DNA of 38,123 nt from Candidatus Spechtbacterales bacterium (GCA_033721415.1 JAWWAH010000002.1:1-38123); one strand, 5' to 3'; shown: positions 8,250 to 17,757, numbered from the stretch's first letter. Made by a program: numbers and translations. The notes: generated by a model not told the origin, from the sequence alone.

Positions 8250-10361
8250 ATGCCAAGAGAATATCCACTAGAAAGGGTAAGAAACATAGGTATTATTGCC
8301 CATATAGACGCTGGTAAAACAACTGTTACCGAGCGTATTTTATTTTATACAGGAATTTCACACAAAATAGGTGAAGTTCATGAGGGAGAAGCAGTGATGG
8401 ACTGGATGGAACAAGAGCGTGAGCGAGGTATTACTATTACCTCTGCTGCAACCACGGCTTTCTGGATTCCTTCGCATCTATCTTCGGAAGAAAAAGAAGA
8501 TAAAGAAAATAAATACCGAATAAATATTATTGATACTCCTGGTCACGTTGATTTTACCGTAGAAGTAGAACGCTCCCTTAGAGTTTTGGATGGAGGCGTT
8601 GTTGTTTTTGACGGTGTTGCAGGAGTTGAACCTCAATCTGAAACTGTTTGGCATCAAGCAGATAAGTATAGTGTTCCTAGGATATGCTTTATAAATAAAT
8701 TAGACAGAATGGGTGCAAGTTTTGATAAAAGCTTCCAATCTATTAAGGATCGTCTTACTCCTAATGCTGTTCCTATTCAACTTCCAGTTGGCGCCGAAAG
8801 TGATTTCAATGGAGTTATAGATCTTGTTGAAATGAATTGGGTTCACACTGAAGGCGAACATGGAGAAAGAATCACTCGCGAAGATATACCTGAAAACATG
8901 AAAGAAAAGGCTGAAAAAATGCGAGGAGAGCTATTAGAAAAGGTGGCAGAAGTTGACGATGCACTATTAGAGAAATACTTAGGAGGAGAAGATATTGCAA
9001 CAGATGAATTAAAAGCTGCTATAAGAAAAGCAACTATAGCTAATGAATTGGTGCCTGTGCTTACGGGTTCTGCTTTAAAGAATAAAGCAGTACAACCTTT
9101 ATTGGATGCCATCGTTGCTTACTTGCCTAACCCTCTTGATGTTCCTCCTCCAGAAGGAGAAAATCCTGACACAGAAGAAAAGGTTAAGCTTAAGGTTGCA
9201 GATGACGAACCATTTGCTGCACTTGCATTTAAGGTTGCGACTGACCCATATGTTGGTCAGCTTGTATATTTTAGAGTTTATTCAGGTAGTGTTGAGGCTG
9301 GTTCCTATGTAATGAACACTTCAACAGGTGACAAAGAGAGGCTTGGTCGTATTGTTAGAATGCACTCAAACGATAGAGAGGAAGTTGACGAGCTGTTTTC
9401 AGGAGACATTGCTGCAGCGGTTGGCTTAAAAGGTACAACAACAGGAGACACCTTAACTGACGAAGATCTAAATGTAATTCTAGAAAAAATAACATTCCCT
9501 GAACCCGTTATCTCTGTTCGTATCGAGCCTAAGACTCGAGCCGATCAGGATAAGATGGGTATAGCTCTACATAGATTATCGGAAGAAGATCCAACATTTC
9601 AGATTAAAAGCGATGACGAAACTGGAGAAACTATAATATCTGGTATGGGTGAGCTTCACTTGGAAGTTTTAGTGGATAGAATGAAGCGAGAATTTAAAGT
9701 TGAGGCTAATGTTGGTAAACCACAAGTAGCATACCGTGAAACCATTAAGTCAGAAGCTGAAGGAGAAGGAAAATACATCAGGCAAACAGGTGGACGTGGT
9801 CAATATGGACATTGTTTGGTTCGTATTGAACCGCAAGAACCAGGTGAAGGATTTGAATTTGTTAACGAGATAAAAGGAGGGGATATTCCACAAGAATACA
9901 TTCCCTCAGTAGAAAAAGGTGTGCAAGAAGCTATGCAAAGGGGTATTGTTGCTGGATACCCAATGGTAGACGTTAAGACAACTCTATACGACGGCTCATA
10001 TCACGATGTTGACTCTTCAGAATCTGCATTTAAAATAGCTGGATCTATGGCATTCCAAGATGCTGCTAAGAAAGCAAAACCTATTCTATTGGAACCAATA
10101 ATGAAAATAGAAGTATCAGCCCCAGAAGATTATCTAGGAGATGTAACAGGAGATCTAAATTCTCGTAGAGCGCAAATACAAGAGATGGGAGAAAGAGGAA
10201 ACCTTAAGACAGTTAGAGCAACAGTTCCGCTTTCAGAGATGTTTGGATATACAACCCAGCTTCGTTCTATGACGCAAGGTCGTGGATCATCAACACTTGA
10301 ATTTAGTCATTACCAAGAAGTTCCGCAAAACGTCGCTAAGGAAATAATTGAATCTCGTTAA
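8250..10361 (+). CDS. fusA: Elongation factor G
   Basis: 703 aa with [17 protein letters not shown] and NKLD GTPase motifs and full EF-G domain order. Confidence 0.98.
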   Translation: MPREYPLERVRNIGIIAHIDAGKTTVTERILFYTGISHKIGEVHEGEAVMDWMEQERERGITITSAATTAFWIPSHLSSEEKEDKENKYRINIIDTPGHVDFTVEVERSLRVLDGGVVVFDGVAGVEPQSETVWHQADKYSVPRICFINKLDRMGASFDKSFQSIKDRLTPNAVPIQLPVGAESDFNGVIDLVEMNWVHTEGEHGERITREDIPENMKEKAEKMRGELLEKVAEVDDALLEKYLGGEDIATDELKAAIRKATIANELVPVLTGSALKNKAVQPLLDAIVAYLPNPLDVPPPEGENPDTEEKVKLKVADDEPFAALAFKVATDPYVGQLVYFRVYSGSVEAGSYVMNTSTGDKERLGRIVRMHSNDREEVDELFSGDIAAAVGLKGTTTGDTLTDEDLNVILEKITFPEPVISVRIEPKTRADQDKMGIALHRLSEEDPTFQIKSDDETGETIISGMGELHLEVLVDRMKREFKVEANVGKPQVAYRETIKSEAEGEGKYIRQTGGRGQYGHCLVRIEPQEPGEGFEFVNEIKGGDIPQEYIPSVEKGVQEAMQRGIVAGYPMVDVKTTLYDGSYHDVDSSESAFKIAGSMAFQDAAKKAKPILLEPIMKIEVSAPEDYLGDVTGDLNSRRAQIQEMGERGNLKTVRATVPLSEMFGYTTQLRSMTQGRGSSTLEFSHYQEVPQNVAKEIIESR

Positions 10362-10369
10362 ATAAATAT

Positions 10370-10699
10370 ATGTGGGATAAACTAAAAAAAATATTAGAAT
10401 ACTCTAACGGAAGAGGAATTATAATAGAAGATGGAGAGCCCAGATATGTTATTCTTTCTATCGATGAGTATATAAGCCTGAAAGAAGGTTCTGGAAGCGA
10501 GAAAAAAAGAACACAACCTCTTGTTAGCAATGCAGATAATCAGGGAGGTGGTACGCAGAATAATGCTGATGGGTATAACTATGCTAATCCCAGCCAAAAC
10601 CCAAGCCAAGCCGGATTTTCTGACCAAGATAAAAGAAATTCCAATATGCAGGATACATCATCAAGAAATATAGGATTGGACGATTTACCGCTCGCATAA
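10370..10699 (+). CDS. Small hypothetical protein: Phd/YefM-like N-terminal segment plus a Q/N/S-rich low-complexity tail
   Basis: 109 aa. GIIIEDGEPRYVILSIDEYISLKE resembles the strand-strand-helix core of Phd/YefM antitoxins. The remainder is low complexity. The start lies 9 nt after the fusA stop. Confidence 0.5.
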   Translation: MWDKLKKILEYSNGRGIIIEDGEPRYVILSIDEYISLKEGSGSEKKRTQPLVSNADNQGGGTQNNADGYNYANPSQNPSQAGFSDQDKRNSNMQDTSSRNIGLDDLPLA

Positions 10700-10712
10700 T
10701 TTCAAGGGGGGG

Positions 10713-10741
10713 TTGACTCAGAGTATATTTTCATCTAAAAT
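10713..10741 (+). promoter_or_regulatory. tuf promoter P1 (TTGACT-17-TAAAAT)
   Basis: GGGGGGTTGACT at 10707-10718, a 17-nt spacer, then TAAAAT at 10736-10741. Confidence 0.5.
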
Positions 10742-10776
10742 ATTATTTGTATGTCTGTCCACTAAATAATTGAGGG

Positions 10777-10804
10777 TTGACTACAAAAATATATTGTGTA
10801 AAAT
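10777..10804 (+). promoter_or_regulatory. tuf promoter P2 (TTGACT-16-TAAAAT)
   Basis: GAGGGTTGACT ending at 10782, a 16-nt spacer, then TAAAAT at 10799-10804. It shares the GGGTTGACT module with P1. Confidence 0.5.
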
Positions 10805-10919
10805 ATACTTTGTGTATTTTATACAAAAAGTATTTCAAAAAAATAATAAAATTAAAAAAATTAAAGGGCTTGCTTATAAAAATCTTTACGTAAATAAGTC
10901 AAGCTAAAATAAAAATATT

Positions 10920-12116
10920 ATGGCAGCAGAAAAGTTCGAAAGAACAAAACCTCACGTTAATGTTGGAACTATCGGTCACGTAGACCATGGAAAAACAACA
11001 TTAACCGCAGCAATGTTGAAGTATGCACATCTAAAAGGATGGGTTGCTTCAGAGAAAGCAGTTGAGCAAATTGATGCAGCTCCTGAAGAAAGAGAAAGGG
11101 GTATTACTATATCTTTAGCTCACGTTGAATACGAAACAGAAAAGCGTCACTACGCGCACATCGATGCTCCTGGTCACGCTGACTACATTAAAAACATGAT
11201 TACCGGTGCAGCACAAATGGACGGATCTATCTTGGTTGTATCAGCAGCTGATGGTCCTATGCCTCAGACAAGAGAGCATATTCTTTTGGCTCGTCAGGTT
11301 GGTGTGCCCAAAATTATTGTTTTCTTGAACAAGGTTGACCAAGTTGATGATCCTGAATTAGTGGATCTAGTTGAAGAAGAAGTTAGAGAACTTCTTTCTA
11401 AGTACGAATACGATGGTGAGAACGCTCCAGTTGTTAGAGGTTCAGCACTTCAAGCAGTAAATGCATCAAGCGCTGACGATGACGCAGCAAAGCCAATCGG
11501 TGAATTAATGGGTAATCTTGATGAATACATTCCTGTTCCTGAGCGAGAGGTTGATAAGCCTTTCTTGATGCCAGTAGAAGATGTATTCTCTATTGAAGGT
11601 AGAGGAACAGTTGTAACAGGACGTGTTGAAAGAGGAAAAGTTACAGTTGGAGAAGATGTTGAAATTGTTGGAATGAAAGATACTCAAAAAACAGCTGTTA
11701 CAGGAGTAGAAATGTTCAACAAGCAGTTAGATGAAGGTCTTGCTGGAGATAACGTAGGAGTTCTACTAAGAGGATTAAAGAAAGAAGATGTAATGAGGGG
11801 ACAAGTATTAGCTAAGCCAGGTTCTGTAAACCCACACACTGAGTTTGAAGCAGAGGTATACGTTCTAAAGAAAGAAGAAGGAGGACGACACACACCATTC
11901 TTTACAGGATATAAGCCACAGTTTTACTTCAGGACAACAGACGTAACAGGAGATGTTACTCTTCCAGAAGGAACAGAGATGGTTATGCCAGGTGACACAG
12001 TTTCATTTAAAGCAAAACTTGTAGTACCTGTAGCGATGGAAGAAAAGCAACGCTTTGCTATCCGTGAAGGAGGAAAAACTGTTGGGGCAGGAGTTATTAC
12101 AAAAGTTGTTAACTAA
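10920..12116 (+). CDS. tuf: Elongation factor Tu
   Basis: 398 aa with [17 protein letters not shown] and NKVD motifs, and full-length EF-Tu similarity. Confidence 0.99.
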   Translation: MAAEKFERTKPHVNVGTIGHVDHGKTTLTAAMLKYAHLKGWVASEKAVEQIDAAPEERERGITISLAHVEYETEKRHYAHIDAPGHADYIKNMITGAAQMDGSILVVSAADGPMPQTREHILLARQVGVPKIIVFLNKVDQVDDPELVDLVEEEVRELLSKYEYDGENAPVVRGSALQAVNASSADDDAAKPIGELMGNLDEYIPVPEREVDKPFLMPVEDVFSIEGRGTVVTGRVERGKVTVGEDVEIVGMKDTQKTAVTGVEMFNKQLDEGLAGDNVGVLLRGLKKEDVMRGQVLAKPGSVNPHTEFEAEVYVLKKEEGGRHTPFFTGYKPQFYFRTTDVTGDVTLPEGTEMVMPGDTVSFKAKLVVPVAMEEKQRFAIREGGKTVGAGVITKVVN

Positions 12117-12147
12117 TTAAACCTGCGTAAGCATATCGCACATTGAC

Positions 12148-12519
12148 ATGGCAAGTAAATCCGAAGCCAAACAAAATAAAACAAAAAATAAATCCGGGAA
12201 GAATTCTGATGCTGCAAAGCAAAGAATTCGCATTAAGATAAAATCTTATGACCATCAGGTTATAGATTCAAGTGTTAAGCAGATTGTTGATACAACTATG
12301 CGCTACGGCGCAGAGATTAGAGGTCCTGTTCCTTTGCCTACTGAAATTAAGAAGTACACAGTGAACAGATCTTCATTTGTGCACAAAACTTCCCGTGAAC
12401 AGTTTGAGATGCGCATACATAAGCGATTGATAGATATATATAGCCCATCAGGTCAGCTTATCGATGCCTTAATGGATCTTAACTTGCCCGCAGGAGTTGA
12501 CATTGAGGTCAAAATGTAA
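12148..12519 (+). CDS. rpsJ: 30S ribosomal protein S10 (with a ~20-aa K/N-rich N-terminal extension)
   Basis: [18 protein letters not shown]...GPVPLPT...HKRLIDI is the S10 core. It starts 31 nt after tuf. Confidence 0.96.
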   Translation: MASKSEAKQNKTKNKSGKNSDAAKQRIRIKIKSYDHQVIDSSVKQIVDTTMRYGAEIRGPVPLPTEIKKYTVNRSSFVHKTSREQFEMRIHKRLIDIYSPSGQLIDALMDLNLPAGVDIEVKM

Positions 12520-12529
12520 ATAATTTTAG

Positions 12530-12586
12530 GAACACCCGCCCACTTTTACTTTATCGTGGTTGAAGAGTAATAGTGGGCGGGTGTTC
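12530..12586 (+). other. Long GC-rich stem-loop immediately after rpsJ
   Basis: gaacacccgcccact (12530-12544) pairs perfectly with agtgggcgggtgttc (12572-12586). The 15-bp stem is extendable by A-U/G-U pairs into the 27-nt loop. No U-tract follows. Confidence 0.6.
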
Positions 12587-12609
12587 AACACTCAATGATA
12601 AGATTATTT

Positions 12610-12709
12610 AAAATTGATAATTTTTTCTCGATTTTGCCGATATAAAATTGGCTGGTTTAACAGCCGTTATTTTTGTAGGGCAAAATCGGGACAAAATCCC
12701 GATTTTTTT
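12610..12709 (+). promoter_or_regulatory. Candidate transcription attenuator / r-protein leader upstream of rplC
   Basis: The terminator is aaaatcggga (12682-12691) paired with tcccgatttt (12697-12706), followed by a T-run. The alternative 13-bp antiterminator pairs 12626-12638 (tctcgattttgcc) with 12679-12691 (ggcaaaatcggga). A weaker upstream helix pairs 12610-12617 with 12628-12635. Confidence 0.4.
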
Positions 12710-12722
12710 AAAGAAATTTACT

Positions 12723-13337
12723 ATGAAGTATTTGATAGGAAAAAAACAAGGAATGACTCAGATATTTGATGAAAAGGGTAGCGTTGTACCAGTTACTCTT
12801 ATTCAGGCCGGCCCTGTAACCGTTACCCAGATTTTAACCGAGGATAAGAATGGATATTCAGCTGTGCAGGTTGGATTTGGTAAAAAGAATTTAAATAAAC
12901 CTGAAAAAGGCCATCAAAAAGGCCTTGTAGATGATGAGAAAAAAGGTTTTGCAGTTTTGCGTGAATTTGATCCTGGTGATACAGAACTCAAGAGAGGTGA
13001 TTCCCTAGATGTTAGCCAATTTGAGGTTGGTGATAAAATAACAGTTCGTGGGACAACAAAGGGAAAAGGTTTTCAAGGAGTAGTGAAGAGATGGAATTTT
13101 GCAGGAGGCCCAAAGACTCATGGCCAAAAGCATACATTACGAACACCGGGTTCTATTGGATCAGCTTTTCCCCAGAGAGTATTAAAAGGTATTAAAATGG
13201 CAGGACACATGGGAGTAAAGCAGAAAAGCGTATTAAATTTAAAAGTTGCTTATATAGATAAAGAAACTAACACGCTTGGAGTAAAAGGGTCCGTACCCGG
13301 TAATAAGGGTGGATATGTCGAGATGTTAGGTAAATAA
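12723..13337 (+). CDS. rplC: 50S ribosomal protein L3
   Basis: MKYLIGKKQGMTQIFDEKG is the canonical L3 N-terminus. The track start at 12648 (TTG) adds 25 non-homologous residues that overlap the leader structure. Confidence 0.95.
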   Translation: MKYLIGKKQGMTQIFDEKGSVVPVTLIQAGPVTVTQILTEDKNGYSAVQVGFGKKNLNKPEKGHQKGLVDDEKKGFAVLREFDPGDTELKRGDSLDVSQFEVGDKITVRGTTKGKGFQGVVKRWNFAGGPKTHGQKHTLRTPGSIGSAFPQRVLKGIKMAGHMGVKQKSVLNLKVAYIDKETNTLGVKGSVPGNKGGYVEMLGK

Positions 13338-13345
13338 TAATTACT

Positions 13346-14059
13346 ATGTCAGTTAAACTAGAAGTATACAACAAAGACGGTAAAAAAATTGGTTCAGAGA
13401 ATGTGCCTGAAAGTATTTTTGATTTACCAATGAATGATGCTTTGGTTTATCAGGCTTATACTGTTAAACTTGCTAATCGTCGCAGATCTTACGCTCACAC
13501 AAAGACACGAGCAGATGTTAGGGGTGGAGGTCGTAAACCATGGAGGCAAAAGGGAACAGGACGTGCTCGACACGGTTCTCGTCGTTCTCCTATATGGGTT
13601 GGCGGTGGTGTTACTTTTGGCCCAAGAAACGAAAGAGTGTTCTCTAAGAAATTAAACAAAAAAATGAATTCTAAGGCTATAGCCACAGTGTTGAGTAGTA
13701 AATTAAAGGAAGGAGCAATTTTTGTTGTTGACTCTCTTGATTTCAAGGAGCCAAAAACAAAGCAGGCTGCTTCAGTAATCGATGGATTAAAGATAGGCGG
13801 TACTTCAACTATAGTATACGGAACAAAGGACGATAAAAACTTTAAGCGAGTTTTTAGGAATATAGAAAAGACTAATCCATCCAGCGTTGATCGATTGAAT
13901 GTTGTTGATATTCTAGAAAAGAAGAATATAGTAATGTCTAAATCTGCACTTGATGAATTGGTTTCTAGGTATAGCAAGAATAGTGATGGAAATGAGAAAA
14001 AGGAAAAAAGTGCGAAAAAAAAGAAGCCGGCAAAGAAAAAAGTTCCGGCAAAGAAATAA
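13346..14059 (+). CDS. rplD: 50S ribosomal protein L4 (K-rich C-terminal tail)
   Basis: RGGGRKPWRQKGTGRARHGS motif. The tail is ...EKKEKSAKKKKPAKKKVPAKK. Confidence 0.96.
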   Translation: MSVKLEVYNKDGKKIGSENVPESIFDLPMNDALVYQAYTVKLANRRRSYAHTKTRADVRGGGRKPWRQKGTGRARHGSRRSPIWVGGGVTFGPRNERVFSKKLNKKMNSKAIATVLSSKLKEGAIFVVDSLDFKEPKTKQAASVIDGLKIGGTSTIVYGTKDDKNFKRVFRNIEKTNPSSVDRLNVVDILEKKNIVMSKSALDELVSRYSKNSDGNEKKEKSAKKKKPAKKKVPAKK

Positions 14060-14075
14060 CATATAAGATATAGAT

Positions 14076-14537
14076 ATGCCAATACTTCCACACGTATTTA
14101 AAAAAGGACAAAAAAAAGAAGCAAAAAATGACCAGAGCATTAGAGAAAAGCAGAAAAAGCAAGCAGCACAAGAGAAAGATAAAAAAGAAATTTCTAGCAG
14201 TGACAAGAAGACAAAGAAAAAAAGAGCTTCTTCTTCAGTAAAATCAGATAGAGCACACGCTGCCTACCGTGTTTTAGTAAGGCCACATATATCTGAAAAG
14301 AGTGTTTCCAGAAATAATGACGGAAAGTATGTGTTTGAGATTTATCCTGGATCAAATAAAAATGAGATAGCGCAGGCGGTCGAGGAAGCTTACGGTGTTA
14401 AGGTAGATAGTGTTAACAAGATAAAAACACATCAAAAAACTAAGCGATACAGATTCCAACAAGGTACTTCTACAAGATTAGACAAAGCAGTTGTTACGCT
14501 TAAGAAGGGCCAAGAAATAGAGGTATTACCTCATTAA
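14076..14537 (+). CDS. rplW: 50S ribosomal protein L23 (with a ~60-aa K-rich N-terminal extension)
   Basis: The L23 core YRVLVRPHISEKS...VFEIYPGSNKNEIAQAVEEAYGVKV starts at about residue 64. There is no internal ATG before the core. Confidence 0.9.
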   Translation: MPILPHVFKKGQKKEAKNDQSIREKQKKQAAQEKDKKEISSSDKKTKKKRASSSVKSDRAHAAYRVLVRPHISEKSVSRNNDGKYVFEIYPGSNKNEIAQAVEEAYGVKVDSVNKIKTHQKTKRYRFQQGTSTRLDKAVVTLKKGQEIEVLPH

Positions 14538-14567
14538 TAATAAATTTTATTCAACTAATTAAAGATT

Positions 14568-15407
14568 ATGGGTGTAAAAAGAAAAAAACCAACAACTCCA
14601 GGACAGAGAGATATGGTTTCTCCCGATTATAGCGGATTAACCAAGAAGAAGCCAGAAAAAAATCTGACTAAATCTGTGCACAGAAAAAAAGGTAGAAGCC
14701 ATGGTAAGATTACTGTTCGGCACAGAGGAGGAGGATCAAAAAGACTCTATAGAGAGATAGATTTTAAGCAAGATAAAACAGGAGAAGATCTTACGGTTAT
14801 GGCTTTGGAATATGATCCAAACAGAAGTGCTTTTATAGCGCTTGTAAGAAATCAGCATGGAGTAAAGAAGTATATATTAGCACATGAAGGCGCAAAGGTA
14901 GGAGACGTTTTGAAGGTTGATGAAAAACTCCCTCCTAAAAAGGGAAATAGAATGAAGTTAGGCAATGTTCCTGTTGGTACATTTGTTCACAATATAGAAA
15001 TCAAGCCAGGAAGAGGTGGGCAGATGGCTCGTTCAGCCGGATCTTATGCGAAAGTTATTGCTCATGATGCAGGACAAACCCAGTTGGTAATGCCTTCTAC
15101 AGAAGTTAGAGTTGTTTCAAGCCAAGGATTTGCAACCGTGGGTACTGTTTCTCACAGTTCTCATCGCGAAGAAGTTGTAGGAAAAGCAGGAAAGAATAGG
15201 CATCGAGGCAGAAGACCTAGTGTACGCGGTTCTGCTATGAATCCCGTTGATCACCCTCATGGAGGAGGTGAAGGCAAGGCACCAATCGGATTAAAACACC
15301 CAAAAACACCTTGGGGTAAAAATGCTTATGGAGTAAAGACAAGAAAAAGAAATAAGTATTCAAATAGGCACATAATTAAACGTAGAAAGAAAAAGAAGAA
15401 AAAATAA
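14568..15407 (+). CDS. rplB: 50S ribosomal protein L2
   Basis: RHRGGG, MNPVDHPHGGGEG and GxKTR motifs. It ends in RRKKKKKK. Confidence 0.98.
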   Translation: MGVKRKKPTTPGQRDMVSPDYSGLTKKKPEKNLTKSVHRKKGRSHGKITVRHRGGGSKRLYREIDFKQDKTGEDLTVMALEYDPNRSAFIALVRNQHGVKKYILAHEGAKVGDVLKVDEKLPPKKGNRMKLGNVPVGTFVHNIEIKPGRGGQMARSAGSYAKVIAHDAGQTQLVMPSTEVRVVSSQGFATVGTVSHSSHREEVVGKAGKNRHRGRRPSVRGSAMNPVDHPHGGGEGKAPIGLKHPKTPWGKNAYGVKTRKRNKYSNRHIIKRRKKKKKK

Positions 15408-15419
15408 TAAGATAATAAT

Positions 15420-15704
15420 ATGTCAAGATCACTAAAGAAAGGTCCATATGTGGACGAAAAACTTCTCAAGAAGATGGAAAACATAAAATCAGGAGATAAG
15501 ACCGTTATTAAGACATGGTCCAGATCTTCCACTATTACACCTGAAATGGTGGGATATACTTTTGGAGTTCACAATGGTAGAGAGCACGTTCCCGTGTTTG
15601 TAACGGAAGATATGGTTGGGCATAAGTTGGGTGAATTTTCGCCTACACGTAAGTTTATTAGACACGGAGGAAAACTTCAGCAATCATTAGATAAAAGACC
15701 GTAA
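15420..15704 (+). CDS. rpsS: 30S ribosomal protein S19
   Basis: [12 protein letters not shown]...[27 protein letters not shown]. Confidence 0.98.
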   Translation: MSRSLKKGPYVDEKLLKKMENIKSGDKTVIKTWSRSSTITPEMVGYTFGVHNGREHVPVFVTEDMVGHKLGEFSPTRKFIRHGGKLQQSLDKRP

Positions 15705-15723
15705 AAAGAAATTATAAAAAAAC

Positions 15724-16116
15724 ATGAAAGAGTATAAAGCAAAATTATCATATTTGAGAATATCGCCAAGAAAGACTAGATTAGTTGCCGATCTTATACG
15801 AGGAATGGATGTGCCAAATGCACGCTACCAGCTTGAGTTTTTACCCAAAAGGGGTTCTGTTCAAATGTTGAAACTTCTTAATTCTGCTGTTAGCAATGCT
15901 AAGGATATTGATAATGACATTGATGAAAAGAATTTATTTGTAAAAACTATAACTGTAGATCAGGGCCCTATGCTGAAGAGATACCAGCCAGTTGCCCGCG
16001 GAGCTGTTCATGAAATACAGAAAAAGACAAGCCATATAACTTTGATTCTCGGCGAGAAAAAAGCAAAAGAAAATAAAAATAAGAAAAAAGAAAAAGCTAA
16101 AACAGCTAAATCGTAA
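15724..16116 (+). CDS. rplV: 50S ribosomal protein L22 (K-rich C-terminal tail)
   Basis: LRISPRKTRLVADLIRG and MLKRYQPVARGA..I.KKTSHIT motifs. Confidence 0.96.
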   Translation: MKEYKAKLSYLRISPRKTRLVADLIRGMDVPNARYQLEFLPKRGSVQMLKLLNSAVSNAKDIDNDIDEKNLFVKTITVDQGPMLKRYQPVARGAVHEIQKKTSHITLILGEKKAKENKNKKKEKAKTAKS

Positions 16117-16125
16117 TATTATATT

Positions 16126-16812
16126 ATGACACATAAAGTACATCCATTAAGCCATAGATTAACCGTAGTTAAGGACTGGAGGTCTAGATGGTTTGATCGT
16201 AAAAATTATCAGGAAAATCTTCAGCAAGATTATCTTATCAGGGACCACATTCTCAACAAGTATAAGAGTGCAGGTATTGCAGATGTAGAGATTGAAAGAT
16301 TTACCAGAGAAATGCTTATAGTAATCTATACATCTCGCCCAGGTATATTAATAGGAAGAGGCGGATCTGGTATAGAAGAAATGAAAAACAATATTTTAAG
16401 AATATTGAGAAGAAGTATACGTAAAAAGTCTCATTCTATATTAAAAAAAGAAGAGCAAGCATCAATTCCGCAAATTAGAATAGATGTTAGAGAGGTTAGA
16501 GAAACTGATTCTCACGCACGCCTTGTGGCGCAAAATATAGCAGAACAACTTGAAAGGCGGATGCCATTTAGAAGAGCTATAAAGAGATCGCTAGGTAGGG
16601 TTATGTCTAACAAAGATGTAGAGGGCGTAAAAATATTAGTTAAAGGTAGATTAAATGGAGCAGAAATGGCTAGAACAGAATTTGTAAAAGAGGGTAATTT
16701 ACCGCTTCAAACATTGCGAGCAGATATAGATTATGCTCAAGTTGAAGCTGTTACTAAATACGGCGTGATAGGGGTGAAGGTATGGGTATATAGAGGAGAA
16801 AAATTAGAATAA
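16126..16812 (+). CDS. rpsC: 30S ribosomal protein S3
   Basis: HKVHPLSHRL...W.SRWF, the KH-domain GRGGSGIE motif, and ...GRLNGAEMAR.E...G..PLQTLRADIDY. Confidence 0.97.
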   Translation: MTHKVHPLSHRLTVVKDWRSRWFDRKNYQENLQQDYLIRDHILNKYKSAGIADVEIERFTREMLIVIYTSRPGILIGRGGSGIEEMKNNILRILRRSIRKKSHSILKKEEQASIPQIRIDVREVRETDSHARLVAQNIAEQLERRMPFRRAIKRSLGRVMSNKDVEGVKILVKGRLNGAEMARTEFVKEGNLPLQTLRADIDYAQVEAVTKYGVIGVKVWVYRGEKLE

Positions 16813-16835
16813 TTTTTTAACATAGAAATAAAAAC

Positions 16836-17246
16836 ATGTTAATTCCCAAAAAAGTAAAACATAGAAAGTGGTGGAAAGGGCGAAAAAGGACGTCTGTTGC
16901 TTCTCGTGGGACAACCTTAAGCTTCGGAAAATACGGATTACAGGTTGCATCTGGAGAAGCTTGGATAACTTCACGGCAAATAGAAGCAGCAAGAAGGTCT
17001 ATTAGTCGCTATATAAAGCGTGGAGGAAAAGTATGGATTCGCGTATTCCCAGATAAGCCTGTTACGAGAAAAGGGCAAGAAGTTCCTATGGGTGGAGGAA
17101 AAGGATCGGTTGACCATTTTGTATTTCCAGTGTATCCTGGTAGAGTTCTGTTCGAATTAGATGGTGTAGACGAGGAGATAGCAAAAGAGGCTATGAGAAG
17201 AGCTGGGTATAAACTACCCGTAAAAACTAAATTTATAAAACGATAA
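16836..17246 (+). CDS. rplP: 50S ribosomal protein L16
   Basis: [11 protein letters not shown]...[40 protein letters not shown]. Confidence 0.98.
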   Translation: MLIPKKVKHRKWWKGRKRTSVASRGTTLSFGKYGLQVASGEAWITSRQIEAARRSISRYIKRGGKVWIRVFPDKPVTRKGQEVPMGGGKGSVDHFVFPVYPGRVLFELDGVDEEIAKEAMRRAGYKLPVKTKFIKR

Positions 17247-17251
17247 GCAAG

Positions 17252-17452
17252 ATGAAAGCCAAAGAATTAAGGAAAAAGTCAGAAACAGAATTATTGAAAC
17301 TACTTCAAGATAAAAGATCACAAGTAGTTAATTTTAAGATAAATATTTCTTCTGGAAATGTTACAAATGTACGCGAGATACGCCAAACGAAGAAAGATAT
17401 AGCTCGCATTCAAACAGTACTAAATGCACGAGATGGCGAAGATGAAAAATAA
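17252..17452 (+). CDS. rpmC: 50S ribosomal protein L29
   Basis: 66 aa, MKAKELRKKSETELLKLL...R.IRQTKKDIARIQTVL. Conserved position. Confidence 0.95.
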   Translation: MKAKELRKKSETELLKLLQDKRSQVVNFKINISSGNVTNVREIRQTKKDIARIQTVLNARDGEDEK

Positions 17453-17466
17453 TATAATAATATAAA

Positions 17467-17751
17467 ATGGCAAAAGCAAAAGAAAAAAATAAAGAAATAT
17501 CCACAGAATCTGTAGTACGTAGAAAAAAATTACAGGGCAAGGTGGTTTCGGATAAGATGCAAGACACTGTGGTAGTGGTTGTTGATAGAATTGTTGCACA
17601 TCCTATATACAAAAAAAGAAGAGCTATATCAAAGAAATATAAAGCTCACTGCAAGACAGGAGAATATAGTGTCGGAGATAGGGTTGAAATAGAGGAAGCC
17701 AAGCCGATTTCTAAAAATAAAAAGTGGAAAGTTGTAAAAAAGATAGGATAA
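17467..17751 (+). CDS. rpsQ: 30S ribosomal protein S17
   Basis: LQGKVVSDKMQDTVVVVVDR.V.HP.YKK...SKKYKAH...GD.V.I.E.KPISK.K.W. Confidence 0.96.
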   Translation: MAKAKEKNKEISTESVVRRKKLQGKVVSDKMQDTVVVVVDRIVAHPIYKKRRAISKKYKAHCKTGEYSVGDRVEIEEAKPISKNKKWKVVKKIG

Positions 17752-17757
17752 AAAAAT

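Noticed and set aside
10370-10919. A complete toxin-antitoxin module at the fusA-tuf junction
   Set aside because: No ORF follows the Phd-like gene that could encode a toxin. The downstream 220 nt contains only promoter-like elements, so only an orphan antitoxin-like domain can be claimed, and that only weakly.
12648-12722. Extended L3 start (TTG at 12648) from the ORF track
   Set aside because: The canonical L3 N-terminus MKYLIGKKQGMTQIF begins at ATG 12723. The extra 25 codons run through the terminator/antiterminator hairpins and have no L3 homology.
13495-14206. Long antisense ORFs (13495-14091, 13913-14206 and 13965-14171, all on the - strand) and the + strand ORF 13434-13655 overlapping rplD/rplW
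   Set aside because: They lie opposite, or out of frame with, clearly homologous L4 and L23 genes. Their F/L/S-rich low-complexity translations are the reverse complement of the lysine-rich (AAA/AAG) tails. I recognise no motifs in them.
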